DNA from: Octopus vulgaris
Taxonomy: Eukaryota
Assembly (NCBI GenBank): GCA_951406725.2
Contig: OX597814.1
Coordinates: forward strand, 162,998,001-163,062,000
Direction of reading: 5' to 3'
Length of the DNA: 64,000 bases
Both the position numbers and the translations under genes were made by a program. The notes beneath the pieces were generated by a model. It saw nothing but the letters and a program-made list of their open reading frames with translations, was not told the origin of the DNA and did no database searches. Positions 52,541 to 64,000 of the stretch are shown here, in pieces; positions within the stretch are counted from its first letter, which is position 1; each line of letters opens with the position of its first letter.

Positions 52541-55500
52541 AGTGTAGTTTGATGAAAACTCACAAAATTATAGGACCCCCAACAGAGCAATCCACAACAG
52601 CGACTATTACATGTGATATATCATAGTGCTTGTCATCTCTAGATCTGGCTACTGTGAGATTCTAATTAATCTAAATCGGTCTAAAGCGTACAGCAAGGTT
52701 TTCCATGACAAGGCTAGGGTTTGGAATCTTCCAAACAGACGCATGACATGTCAGTCGAATTAGCCCTTCATTTACTCCACAAATGTTTTGTCGTCAATGT
52801 TGCACTTCTCTGTATTACATGTTTCAACTTAATTGTACTAGATATACAAACTATGCCATTTAAATCCCGAGCAGCCCCGGGGGTGTCTGCTAGTATATGA
52901 TAAATGAAGAGCAGAGTTTTGGCAATTGTTTCAACAACTTGTGGTGACCGATTACATATCATGTCAATAGACATCGATGATTATGACAAGTGTGAATGTG
53001 CTTATTTTTCGTCAAAATATATAGGAAAAGATGTAAACATCAGCAAGATAACCGAAAAACCTGTCATCCGAATACAAATTTTTTGTGTGATGTCCGTTCT
53101 ACTTGAATTATACGGACACTCCTTGGTCACTCTGGCCGTCAGAAATTCCATGAACCAAGGACTTATCTATTGGAAACTTGTAACCAACAACTCCATTGTT
53201 GGCTAGTTGTGATACAAAATAAAAAATTAATTCTCAAGAATAATAGCGCAGAATGATGGGAAATAAGAACAGAACAAACGAGGCAACAAATTGGATGCTG
53301 TAATAATATTAGTGTAATACCTCGCTATTTTTGCCATGTTTCTTCAGCAAACGCTCTTATCTTCGTAAATTATCAATGTTTTAACATAGGATTCAAGAAC
53401 TTTCTGCACTAATAAGTTCTCACTTAATTCCTTTTACACGGCAGAAGATGTCTTTCCTTTATCCTTTGCAACAACTTTTGAGAATCAACAAATGGCGTTT
53501 GATCACCTCTTCATATTTGGAATTTAGTAGCATGAAGGTCAGTTTCTCCTTACGCATATTTGAACTTTACAAATTGAGGCGGTGAAGATAATAGCCCAGA
53601 ACCGTCATGCTGCAAGATTAAAACCTTGGAGAGGGAGACATTAATAAGATAATAGCCGCAATACATTGGATCATTAACATGCTATGAAATACATGTGGAT
53701 ATGCTACTTCAAATGTTAGATAGCAGTAGTGTATAAAAGCTTCACGAAGTGACAGTTTCCTGGATCATAAACTAAAAAGAAAACTGCCTTCATATTTCAT
53801 AACTCTTTTCTAATATATTATCTAATAAAAATGATTTTAATCTTAGTTGCTCGAATTTTCAGTAACCAATCCAATGCGTAAAATGATGACCCAAACTTGT
53901 AAGTGATAAAACGTGTGAGAAGAAAGAGACAGTATGAAGTGGATAGTATGATTGAGTGAAAAGGAAATCGTTCACTAATTATATCGTAACGTTTTATATA
54001 GTCTATAACATTAAATAAAATACTATTCATGTCGAGATTTCTTGCTCTATATTGTTTATCTTTTAAGACTTAACAAACGTCATAATTCAGAAAGGTGGCG
54101 TCGTATTTGTCAGTCTAAAGACGACGCCAACACCAGCGCCACCACCAACATCGACAGCGTCTGAATAATAATAACAATGGTGATGATAATTTGTTTAAAA
54201 TGTAAATAACATAATGTCGTGTGTACATTTATATTGCTTATTCAATTCGTTCTTATCTGTCTGAAAATGCTATTGTTGGGGAGGTTTTTGTGAGTGTGAG
54301 AATCTCCTTTAAAAATAAGACAAGTTATAAGCGCTTTTATTGTGCAATAATTAGAGAACAGCGTATATCTATGTGAGGTTCACCTGACCTTACTGAGAGA
54401 CCTCAAGTCCTATAAATACAAGAAAATAGCTTTGAACCCCCAACCCTCACTCCTTACAAAACATTCAGTACATTGACGACTAGAATATTTTACATGCCAT
54501 GTCATTGTCACGTGATAAACTTACCAACCTGTATATAAGGAGTTCCGGTACAACAAACTAAAGAAGCGCCAAACCTGACAGATAAAACCAAATAAAAACA
54601 GGTTTCTTTTTTTTATCTTTCTTTCATTGAATTGTGCGAAACGAATTTATTTCTATGCCATTAAAAACGGGGTTGGTAGGGAGAATAAATCACAGTGCAC
54701 TGGAAATATAAGTTTCTGCTTCAGCAGTGGAGCGTTTGAGTGGAATTGACAAGGTTCTTCATTTAATAATGTTGTCGAGAGTTGTACGAGTTTTGACACC
54801 AACAGACTATAAAAACAGCGGTAATGTATACAGTGAAAGTCGTAAAGAGTAACTTCATTGTGCACAAATGCACCTTCTTCATAATGTTGATATTCTCAAC
54901 AAACAACAGCCTTTTGTTATGATTTCTTATGTACATAATAGACTGTGTATGCATTTATTACTAGATGTGAGTCTACAAGCAGGTTATAGCTGATACTAAT
55001 CACAGTACGACTGAGATTTCTCACTAATCCTTTTGTGCACAATCAGAAAACATATTTTCTTTTCTTCCATTTTCCTTGTTATTCTTTTCTTTGTTTCGAT
55101 TTTTTCTTTATTACTTTCTTATGCTTTCATTCTGTTTTATTTTCTTTTTCTTTCTTTTTTTTTCTTCTTTAATTGAAATTATTTTATCTACAAACTAAGA
55201 TATAATCTTCAGGGGATTTTGAATTGAAAAAGGGGATTTTAATACAACTGAAAAACTATCGGAATAAATGCTTTATGTATTTTATTTCGTTCCCTTAGGG
55301 TCTGAAAATCAGTCCCGCAGAATGGATTTTTCCTTCATCGCCCCCGTGGGTCTCTGAAAAGACTAGACATTGTTTAACCTCAGGTCTGTCTGAATAACCA
55401 GACCTATAATCATGCAAATTCTAATATTGGCCATCCTATCTCTCCCCCCTCTCTCTCTCTCCCTCTCTCTCTCTCCCTCTCTCTCCCTTCCCTCTCTCTC

Positions 55501-55673
55501 CCTCTCGTTTGAAGTTCAAATCCAACTGAGGTTTGCCTTTCATCATTCCGGAGTCGATAAAATGAGCATAACAGTCAGTCAAGGATTGGGATCAATATAT
55601 CACATTATATTCTCTACCACCAAATGTGTTGATCTAGTGCTTTTGTTTCAAATCCTTATTTTATAGAATTCAA

Positions 55674-55890
55674 GGGCAATGAATTGGCAGAATCGTTAAA
55701 GCGTCGAACAAAATTCCTTTGCACTATTTGGTTATTGTTCTTTACGTTCTGAGTTCGAATCCCGATGAGATCAACTTTGCCTTTTATCTCTCGGAAATCG
55801 ATAAAATAAAGTGCTAATAAAGTACTGAGAACAATTTAATCGACCAACCCCCGCCCCCAAATATGAAACCTTGTGTCTATGTTCGGAACA
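55674..55890 (+). mobile_element. SINE family A, diverged
   Basis: TTGGCAGAATCGTTA...TTCTGAGTTCGAATCCC...TTTGCCTTTTATC. Confidence 0.72.
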
Positions 55891-55930
55891 ATTATTCATA
55901 AATCACCTGGGACAAAACCATTTTAAAGTG

Positions 55931-56077
55931 CAGATATGGCCGTATAGTTAAGGAACTCGCTTCACAAGAACGTGATTTCGAATTAAGTCCCACTGCGTGG
56001 CACCTTTGACAAGTGTCTTCTGCCATTCTACTACAACCCTGGAGAATTTGGTAGAAGAAAACTGTGCGCAAGCTCGT

Positions 56078-56173
<96 letters not shown>

Positions 56174-56420
56174 TGTGTGCGTGTGTGTGTTTGTAGACGT
56201 GCATGTATGCCCGTGCGTTTGTTTCTGGCCATCTGCACCCCACCGCTTAACAACTGGTGTTAATTTGTTTACGCCCCCGGAACTTGATGGTTCGGCAAAG
56301 AGACAGATAGAATAAGTAACAGACTCAAAACCTATTAGTATTGAGATCGATCTGTTTGACTAAGACCCGTCAAAACGCTGATCCGAGCATGGCCACAATC
56401 CAATGACTGAAAAACAACTA
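55931..56420 (+). mobile_element. SINE family B, diverged, with internal (GT)n
   Basis: GTCCCACTGCGTGGCACCTTTGACAAGTGTCTTCT head; GGTTCGGCAAAGAGACAGATAGAATAAG tail. Confidence 0.75.
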
Positions 56421-56749
56421 AAATATTTTTTAAAAACAGTATAAATATAACTCTCCAGTTTGTATTAGATTAGATTGTTAGTTTCATTAATGACATATCC
56501 TGGCTGAATGCATTAATTCTTTTCAGACTTCCCTTTAAATATGCAACGTATAAATCAGAATATAAAGAAAGCATAGGCATAGATATGTGGCTTGCTTCAG
56601 AGTACGTACTTCCGAGTTCGTACTTCCGAGTTCGATGCTACCGCTCCGACCTTAAAACAAGTATCTTCTGCAATATCTTCGTATTGACCTATACCTCATC
56701 GGTGGAATATATCTGATGGAAACGGCGATGAAGTTTTAATACATACATG

Positions 56750-57010
56750 TAACACATTGTCTAAATACCAATCTTGAAAAATCAGGCTTCTCAAAACCAG
56801 AGAGGAGAAAGCTGATTCGAAGACTGCAGATCCAATCCATCAGTGGAACTGTACAAATCTGAAAAAGTTTCCAGAAGTTTGTCATTTAAGTATAAATGAG
56901 CATGTCTAGACACTCAACTATATGCATGAAATACATAAAACAAAACATACAAATGTACATACATACATACATACATACATACATACATACATACATACAT
57001 ACATACGTAC
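56750..57010 (+). pseudogene. R4/Dong-like LINE 3' end with (CATA)n
   Basis: NLEKSGFSKPERRKLIRRLQIQSISGTVQI*KSFQKFVI* then ATGAGCATGTCTAGA and (CATA)n. Confidence 0.7.
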
Positions 57011-57259
57011 ACATATCTTGTTACTTAGGCATAGCAGCTGTTAGATCTCGATATACATATGTTCTAAAGTAACGCGTCAGGCAGATATATACGTGCGCAC
57101 GCGCATGTGTGTGTGTGTGTTCACAGGTGAGCACATAAATGCAAAACAAGGTGGGAAAAATAGAACTCGAATACCAACGGTAGAGTAATATGTTTGTATT
57201 AAAGCTGCAAAACTATCACAAGACTGTTACTCAAAATTTCACGCGGTGATGAAAACACA

Positions 57260-57299
57260 ACTGCCCGACGAACGGGAGCATGAAACTCTAAATAGCAGT
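57260..57299 (+). ncRNA. Hammerhead ribozyme (partly decayed) inside an inverted repeat
   Basis: ACTGC CCGACGA ACG-ggag-CAT GAAA CTCTAAA TA GCAGT; an inverted copy of its 3' half at 57201-57243 supplies CGT-GAAA...GAG-TA. Confidence 0.62.
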
Positions 57300-57525
57300 C
57301 TTGTGATATTCTTGCTGCTTTGCAGCCCTAAGGCTTTTTTCCTTTTTTTTTTTTTGGGCTCTATATGTATTATTATTATTATTTTAATTGTTGTCTCCGT
57401 GTGGTCCTAAGCCTTTATTCTGTTTATTGTTTTGTCCCTGGCCCGTTTACTAACAGTCTCGTCTCGAGCCCGTCTCGTTTTGTTATGTTTTGGTCCTATT
57501 CCCGGCAAGTTTCTTGCCGGTGCCT

Positions 57526-57619
57526 CCAGAGTGGAAGCAATATTATCGATAATAGCCGATAACTGAAGCGATAACCAGAGTGGAAGCAATATTATCGATA
57601 ATAGCCGATAACTGAAGCG
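57526..57619. repeat. 45-bp perfect tandem duplication (period 49)
   Basis: CCAGAGTGGAAGCAATATTATCGATAATAGCCGATAACTGAAGCG at 57526 and 57575. Confidence 0.92.
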
Positions 57620-57843
57620 GAGTTGATGACCTTCTGTGTTTTCTGTTCGTCTGTGTATTTTCCGTTTGTTGTCTTTTTATTTAATCCTGAAATATGTATA
57701 TGTATATATATATATATAAAGTTACGATTCAATGGTAGGGGAATGCAGTTGTGCTGATAGACTGAGAGAGTGAGAATGCGGTATAAAGTGAGTTGGGTTA
57801 AATAGATGAACATATAAGTGAGAGACTGAGGAAGAGGGGATAG

Positions 57844-57903
<60 letters not shown>

Positions 57904-58084
57904 TCTAGCCACCAGTCAACACCTTGTGCGACAGGCAACACTGCATGTAGGAAAATAGACGTAAGGATGAAAAGGAGTAAGAAAGAGATAGCAACACGAA
58001 GAGAGAGGGAAAGAAATAAGAATGAGCTTTACAGTAAAGGAAAATAAATATAAAGATAATATATAAACATACATATACAAATAC

Positions 58085-58340
58085 ATACCTACCTACCTAC
58101 ATGCATACATACATACATACATCCATCCATACATACATACATACATACATACATACATACATACATACATACATACATGCATACACACATACATGCATAC
58201 ATGCATACATACAAACATACATACATACATGCATGCATGCATGCATGCATGCATACATACATACATACATACATACATACATACATACATACATACATAC
58301 ATACATACATACATACATACATACATACATGTATGCATAC
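58085..58340. repeat. (CATA)n compound microsatellite
   Basis: Direct. Confidence 0.95.
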
Positions 58341-58520
58341 ATATATATTCTTTTTCTTTTATTCTTTTAATGGTTTTATGGCGTTGGACTGCGGCTTTCT
58401 GGAGTACCGCCTTAATTTATTTTCTTTCAGTTCCGTTGTCGCTTTAATCCTGGAAGTTAGTCTATGACTGAGTTTGTAAAAGCGTCAACAAAGCTGAAAG
58501 AAAATATATTAAGGCACACG

Positions 58521-58579
<59 letters not shown>

Positions 58580-58582
58580 ATG

Positions 58583-58628
<46 letters not shown>

Positions 58629-58759
58629 GATAAACACAATTAAGCTTGACACATATATACATATGTGCTAATTAATAAGTAAGGGCTTAACAATAATTAA
58701 GAGAGACCATAAAGACTTTATGTAATGGGCAAAAGTGGAATAAATTAGTGCTTACACGA

Positions 58760-59190
58760 GAAGATTACGTCAGAAAACCTTTTGAGTAAAGTCAGGTTAT
58801 GATGGTGAAGGATAGCGCGCAACTCCCTGCAAGGCAACTAACAAGCACGGTGGTTAGTATTGCACAGGGAAGCACCACAAGCTACTGACCAGGATAAGGT
58901 ATAGGAAATATTCTGGGACTTGAGGTAGTGCATGTATGCGGCTAGAGAGGTAAAGAGTCTGGAGGTTTTATTTGAGAACGAATTCATATGAGCCCGGTAG
59001 CAGCGCTTGAAATCAACAGCACTGGCAATGTAGACCCTAGACTGGTGGGGACGTGAGGTTATTATCGTGCATTTATATAGAACATTATGGTGTCTACAAA
59101 ACCCATCCAACGGACATAGTAGGAGACTCGGCAATTACAGGTTTTCTCACTAGCGGTGGCCTTAGAATTATTCCTTATTCTGAACTGATT
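58760..59190 (-). pseudogene. Penelope-like (Naiad-type) GIY-YIG endonuclease fragment
   Basis: CNCR / CPLDGFCRHHNVLYKCTI...VYIASAVDFKRCYRAHMNSF...TSLAAYMHYLK..ISYTLSW...C*LPCRELRAI. Confidence 0.8.
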
Positions 59191-59204
59191 CATATGATCT
59201 GTTA

Positions 59205-60272
59205 TCCTCGAAGTAGGACCGGAATCGTTGACATGTCTGCATTATGTGGTCCTTATCCATTTAGGACATCGCCTGGATAATGGCAGTCTTCAGTGTTGTG
59301 AGGACGTCGAGTAGTCTCACTTCCAACAATACTTCAAACGTGATAATCCATGAGATATAAATTTGGTGAGTTTAGAGGCCATATGTTTGGTGTTATATGA
59401 TCGTATTTTCTGACATTCTTAGGTTACGTGTGCTTTGTCAGAAGGTGCTGAATCTTGTCGTAAGACGAAAGACCTTCACTGTACACTTCATCTATTCAGG
59501 GCTTAACAACAGTCTCTAGCACCTCAACGTATCTAGCAACATTAATGATAAGACCTATGGAAACATGTGGCATGACATAACGTTCGTTACTCACCACTCT
59601 TCAAACCATCATAGTTTCTGGAAACTTAGTGTGCATCACTTTGGGGACATCAGGAGGGACTGCGCATAACCATTTATAATTCTTCTTGTTAGATTTTTGG
59701 TCTTGATCGAAGATTTTCTAATCAGAAAAGAACCAAAGCATGCCGAGGTCGTGAGGGTTTTTAACCTTAGCACGGATCAAACGGTTTTCTTTGTTTCTTT
59801 GCAGACATAATTAGTCTCTCCTCACTACATACAACTTGTATCGATTGTCTTTGTGCACTACTATTCTGACAGTCCACTCTGACGCCTAAAAATCTTTGGT
59901 AACAGCTCACTTCGATTTTCCAAGATGATCAGCGATAACGTTTTGAACTCGTTGGGGTAATTGTGATGTCCTTATTTTGTCTGAACGTTCAGAATTTTTT
60001 TTCCCTCTTTAACAGCTGAAACATACTCTCCAGAGGCTTCCATTTTCACTCAAATTTTGTATCCAAAAGACCTTGCAACATTTAGAAAGTCGGCAATTTC
60101 TAAATCGCTGTGTTCAGTACATATACCAATAAAGATTTCATGTTGTTTCATTTCTTGTGTTAGTGTTTTATCTGTCATGGGGATCTTGAAAGAAACAAAA
60201 AAAAAACTTTTAATTGGTTACATAAGAATAATAAACTGATAATTAAATGTCTTCAAATTCTCATACCACCCT
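59205..60272 (-). mobile_element. Decayed Tc1/mariner, DD37D (maT-like) transposase
   Basis: FFSD*KIFDQDQKSN..HTKFPETMMV*RVVSNE, QDSAP, WPLNSPNLYLMDYHV, MDKDHIMQTCQRFRS; TIR-like AGGGTGGTATGAG. Confidence 0.78.
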
Positions 60273-60280
60273 AAATTATA

Positions 60281-60355
<75 letters not shown>

Positions 60356-60532
60356 TAAACGAAGGAAAAAAGGCATCCAACAAATTAAGTTAGGAGTTAC
60401 ATGTTTTATTCAAAACAGTTTGATTCGGCTCAAAGCGACTTAAAGTTTCATGGGCCTCAAAATCTGAAAGAGACGGGCTTCTGTTAGAGACCCGCAGAAC
60501 ATAAAGTACGGACCCGAATCAAACGCTTATAA

Positions 60533-60580
<48 letters not shown>

Positions 60581-60688
60581 AAATAGGACAAGAACGCAAA
60601 ACATTCGGACAACTAGGTGATACAAAAAGGGACAACAAAACGTCCAGATAGACGATACAAAAAAAAACAACAACGACGGGTCATACAC

Positions 60689-60742
<54 letters not shown>

Positions 60743-61180
60743 CTAAGAGTGATTTGGCCACTATTTCTAGCAGACTGAGCAAAAGCGCTGTGACTCCGCT
60801 ATAGTCATGTAATGTATGCAATGGAATAGGTGAAAATTAAAATACAATGAGGGATTTTGAAATGTTGTTAGTAAGTTTTACGAAAATGAATAAATAAATA
60901 ATCACCTAGGAAGCAGACAGAAAGTTCTGGAATATTTAATTATAACATTATACGGAAAGACATCAACGACAGCAATAGCAGCAGCAGCAGCAGCAACAAC
61001 AACAACAACAACAATAACAACTGTGAAACCAGAGAGAACAAACAAATAAAAATCCCCAAAACAGGTTATTTTAACAATATGACAGGAAAAGAAAATAATC
61101 AGTTATAACAGTAATTAGAATGTCACCATTATATTGAAAAGTATAAAAAATACTGAGAAACATAAAGTTCGTTTAAGTCT

Positions 61181-61182
<2 letters not shown>

Positions 61183-61260
<78 letters not shown>
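61183..61260. repeat. (GT)n microsatellite
   Basis: Direct. Confidence 0.95.
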
Positions 61261-61263
<3 letters not shown>

Positions 61264-61800
61264 TCGTTGCTGTTTTCATTTTATTTTTACGTTTATTTTA
61301 AAGTGAAATCTTTTTGGTGTTTGTATTGCTTTTCTGTGCGTGTGTGTTTGTTTAATGATGATGTTTTTGTTGTGTTTATTATTTATGTGTTCTATGTTAC
61401 GTCTATTAGTTATGCTTAAGGTCGTGGTTATTTTGGTCTTTTTGTGTTGTTTACTTTTTGTGATGATCACTTTCTTGCACTCGAACATGAGAAAACCTTT
61501 CGTTGCGGAAACAGTCCCGGTAAAAAATTCTTCCTTCCCATCGACAGAATGACTATGAGGAGGAATTAGCGTGCGTGAATCCACTGATGCGATTCAACAC
61601 TCCGGTATATGTTTTCACATTGGCCAGTAACCAACACTACCACTATCTTAAACTCTACCACATTAACACTTCCACCACCAGTACCCCTCTCTGTCTCATA
61701 TCACTATTACCAACTTGCCACTAACACTGCCAGTAACATTATCATCATCACTGCTTCAACGTCATTAGGATTATTATTACAGTGGTATGTGTTTACACAA

Positions 61801-62018
61801 GGCGGCGAGCTGGCAGAAACGTTAGCACACCAGGCGAAATGCTTTGCGGTATTTCGTCTGCCGCTACGTTCTGAGTTCAAATTCCGCCGACGTCGACTTT
61901 GCCTTTCATCCTTTCGGGGTCGATTAAATAAGTACCATTAAATATAATCGACTTAATCCGTTTGTCTGTCCTTGTTTGTCCTCTCTGTGTTTAGCTCCTT
62001 GTTGGTAGTAAAGAAATA
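61801..62018 (+). mobile_element. SINE family A with 14-bp TSD
   Basis: GGTATGTGTTTACA at 61784-61797 and 62019-62032. Confidence 0.9.
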
Positions 62019-62586
62019 GGTATGTGTTTACATATTGAGCTATGAATGACATCATCAGATCGCTCGATGCATGTGTTTCTGCATCGTTACGCATTAGCAA
62101 CTCTGAATACTACATCAGTCTGCCACAGTTTTATGAGAACGGTTGCAAGTACAACGTTTGCTGGTGTGCCTAAAGTTTGGTCAAGCTGGTCGAGTTTGAG
62201 GAAGCTGGTCAAGTTTAGTTAAGCTGGGCAAGTTCGGTCAATTAACTAGAATCGCACGAAGTATTCTCGTGTAAAATATATGCGCGAACAATTCTATTTA
62301 GCATGTTCATGTACACTCGGACGTGGAAAGATCTTTCATTGAAGAAATAGTCTCGAGAGAAAATTCTCTTCATAGACAGTATCTGTGAAAACACAGTGGG
62401 CTACGACTGACGTCATCGGCCCGTTGGACGCATGCGTTTCTACGTTGTTACACGTCATCAATTACAAATATCGAATCAGTGTTTCACAGCACTATACGAA
62501 TATGATTATTTTTTTGTATCTTTTTTGATTACTATTGTAGTTGAAGAAGTTGTTTAAGGCGAATCTTGAAGTTCTAGTTTTTACTA

Positions 62587-63813
62587 TTAGGTTGTCAAGA
62601 AAGTTCTCGCGGTTTTTAACCTTTAAATTCAAATGCACATATCTCGGCTCAAACAAAACTTTATTAATCAAAATAAACACCATCAGAATCAACACACTTT
62701 TGCCAACGCAAAACGAGTTTACTTATACTAGTAGCGTAAAAATCCTGCGTTCTGGTAGTGATGAAGTCGTTGAAGGCGTGTTTGGCATCATATTGGTTTT
62801 TGAAGCATTTCTCACGCAGGAAGTTGTCGAGATGCTTGAAAAAGTGATAGTCGATAGGCGAGAGGTCTGGTGAGTGTGGTGGATGAGGGAGAGTTTCGTA
62901 GCCCAATTGGTTCAACTTCTGCAGGGTCAGTTGTGCGACGTGCGGCCGAGCGTTGTCGTGGAGAAGAATTGGTCCTTTTCTATTGACCAATGCTGGCTGT
63001 TGTTGGCGGAGTTACTTATGCATTTCATTCATTTGCTGACAGTACTTCGCCGCAATGGTTTCACCTGGATCCAAAAAACTGTGATGGATGACACTGGCCG
63101 TAGTTACCATAACTTTCTTTTGGTGCAACTTTGGCTTCGGGAAGTGCCATAGAGCTACGTCGGCGTCCAACCGGTTGTCGTAAAGAATCCACTTTTCATC
63201 TTAAGTCACAATCCGGTCGAGAAATGGGTCAAAACGGCATTTCTTTCTTTCTTTTTTTTTCTGTTGTTCAATTCGTGCGGCACCCATTTCTCAAGTATTT
63301 TTATTTTTCCAATTTCTTTGATGAGGTTGGAAATTGTCGTATACATTGCGTCTAATTCAGAAGCAAGCTCTCGAACAGTTGTGCATGGATTGGCTTCGAC
63401 TAAGGCTCTTAGTTGATCGTTGTCAACATCCGATGGCCGACCACTACGCTATCATCTTCAAGGTTCTCATCGCCGCTACGAAATTTCTTGTACCACCATT
63501 GTGCTGTACGCTTATTAGTGGTTCCTGGGCCAAACGCATCGTTGATATCGTGAGCTGTTTCAACAGCTTTACAGCCAAGCTTGAACTGAAATAAGAAAAT
63601 TGTGTGAATTTGCTTTTTGTCCATGTTGTATTCAACGTTCCGGAAAAAATGGCCTAATTATTCAAAAAGAAACAGAGTAACACGATTAGATAGAGAGAAA
63701 AACAGGCTTTAAAATTATATATAATGTCAAGGTAATTTAACGAAAATTAATTTGAAAATACATCATTTAAAACCAAAATTTAAAATTCCGCAAGAACTTT
63801 CTTGACAACCTAA
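62587..63813 (-). mobile_element. Near full-length mariner (DD34D, cecropia/Hsmar1-like), frameshifted
   Basis: TA|TTAGGTTGTCAAGAAAGTTCTCGCGG ... CCGCAAGAACTTTCTTGACAACCTAA|TA; MDKKQIHTIFLFQFKLG...; LLHDNARPH-34 aa-SPDLSPID; RWQKCVDSDGVYFD*. Confidence 0.93.
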
Positions 63814-63834
63814 TACTAATATTACAAGGATGTA

Positions 63835-63990
63835 AGGCTGAGAGCTGGCAGAATCGTTTGCATGCCGGGTAAAATGCTTAGCGGCATTTCGTCCGTCTTT
63901 ACGTTCTAAGTTCAAATTCTTCCGATGTCGACTTTGCCTTTCATCTTTTCGAGGTCGATAAAATGAGTACCAGTCGAGCACTGGGGTCAC
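63835..63990 (+). mobile_element. SINE family A
   Basis: GAGCTGGCAGAATCGTTTGCATGCCGGGTAAAATGCTTAGCGGCATTTCG...GCCTTTCATCTTTTCGAGGTCGATAAAA. Confidence 0.85.
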
Positions 63991-64000
63991 TTGCTAGCCT

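Noticed and set aside
52900-53900. Possible host exon or DNA-transposase remnant
   Set aside because: No convincing motifs or splice-bounded ORF could be read
57526-57619. CRISPR-like repeat
   Set aside because: Only two copies with a 4-bp gap, eukaryotic context, no cas genes

Overview
AT-rich, microsatellite-saturated eukaryotic non-coding DNA. The repeat families look like those of a coleoid cephalopod (Octopus-like); this is inferred from repeat style and is not verified. No host exon can be supported, and nearly all long ORFs are translations of (TA)n/(TATG)n/(GT)n arrays. The window holds >30 copies of tRNA-derived SINEs from about four modular families, six decayed Tc1/mariner elements, two hAT-type MITEs, several R4/Dong-like and RTE-like LINE fragments and two decayed Penelope-like (Naiad-type) retroelements. 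The main signal is a dense and diverse set of type-I hammerhead ribozymes (HHRs) read directly from the sequence: at least 6 near-complete motifs plus relics. They include a 494-bp tandem-unit retrozyme-like insert with a canonical HHR, a tRNA-headed SINE carrying an HHR, a structured GC-rich HHR island and two fold-back HHR hairpins. One Penelope-like relic has TGA exactly at a conserved Zn-finger Cys (possible selenocysteine ancestry). All folds were paired by eye; no folding program or database search was run.
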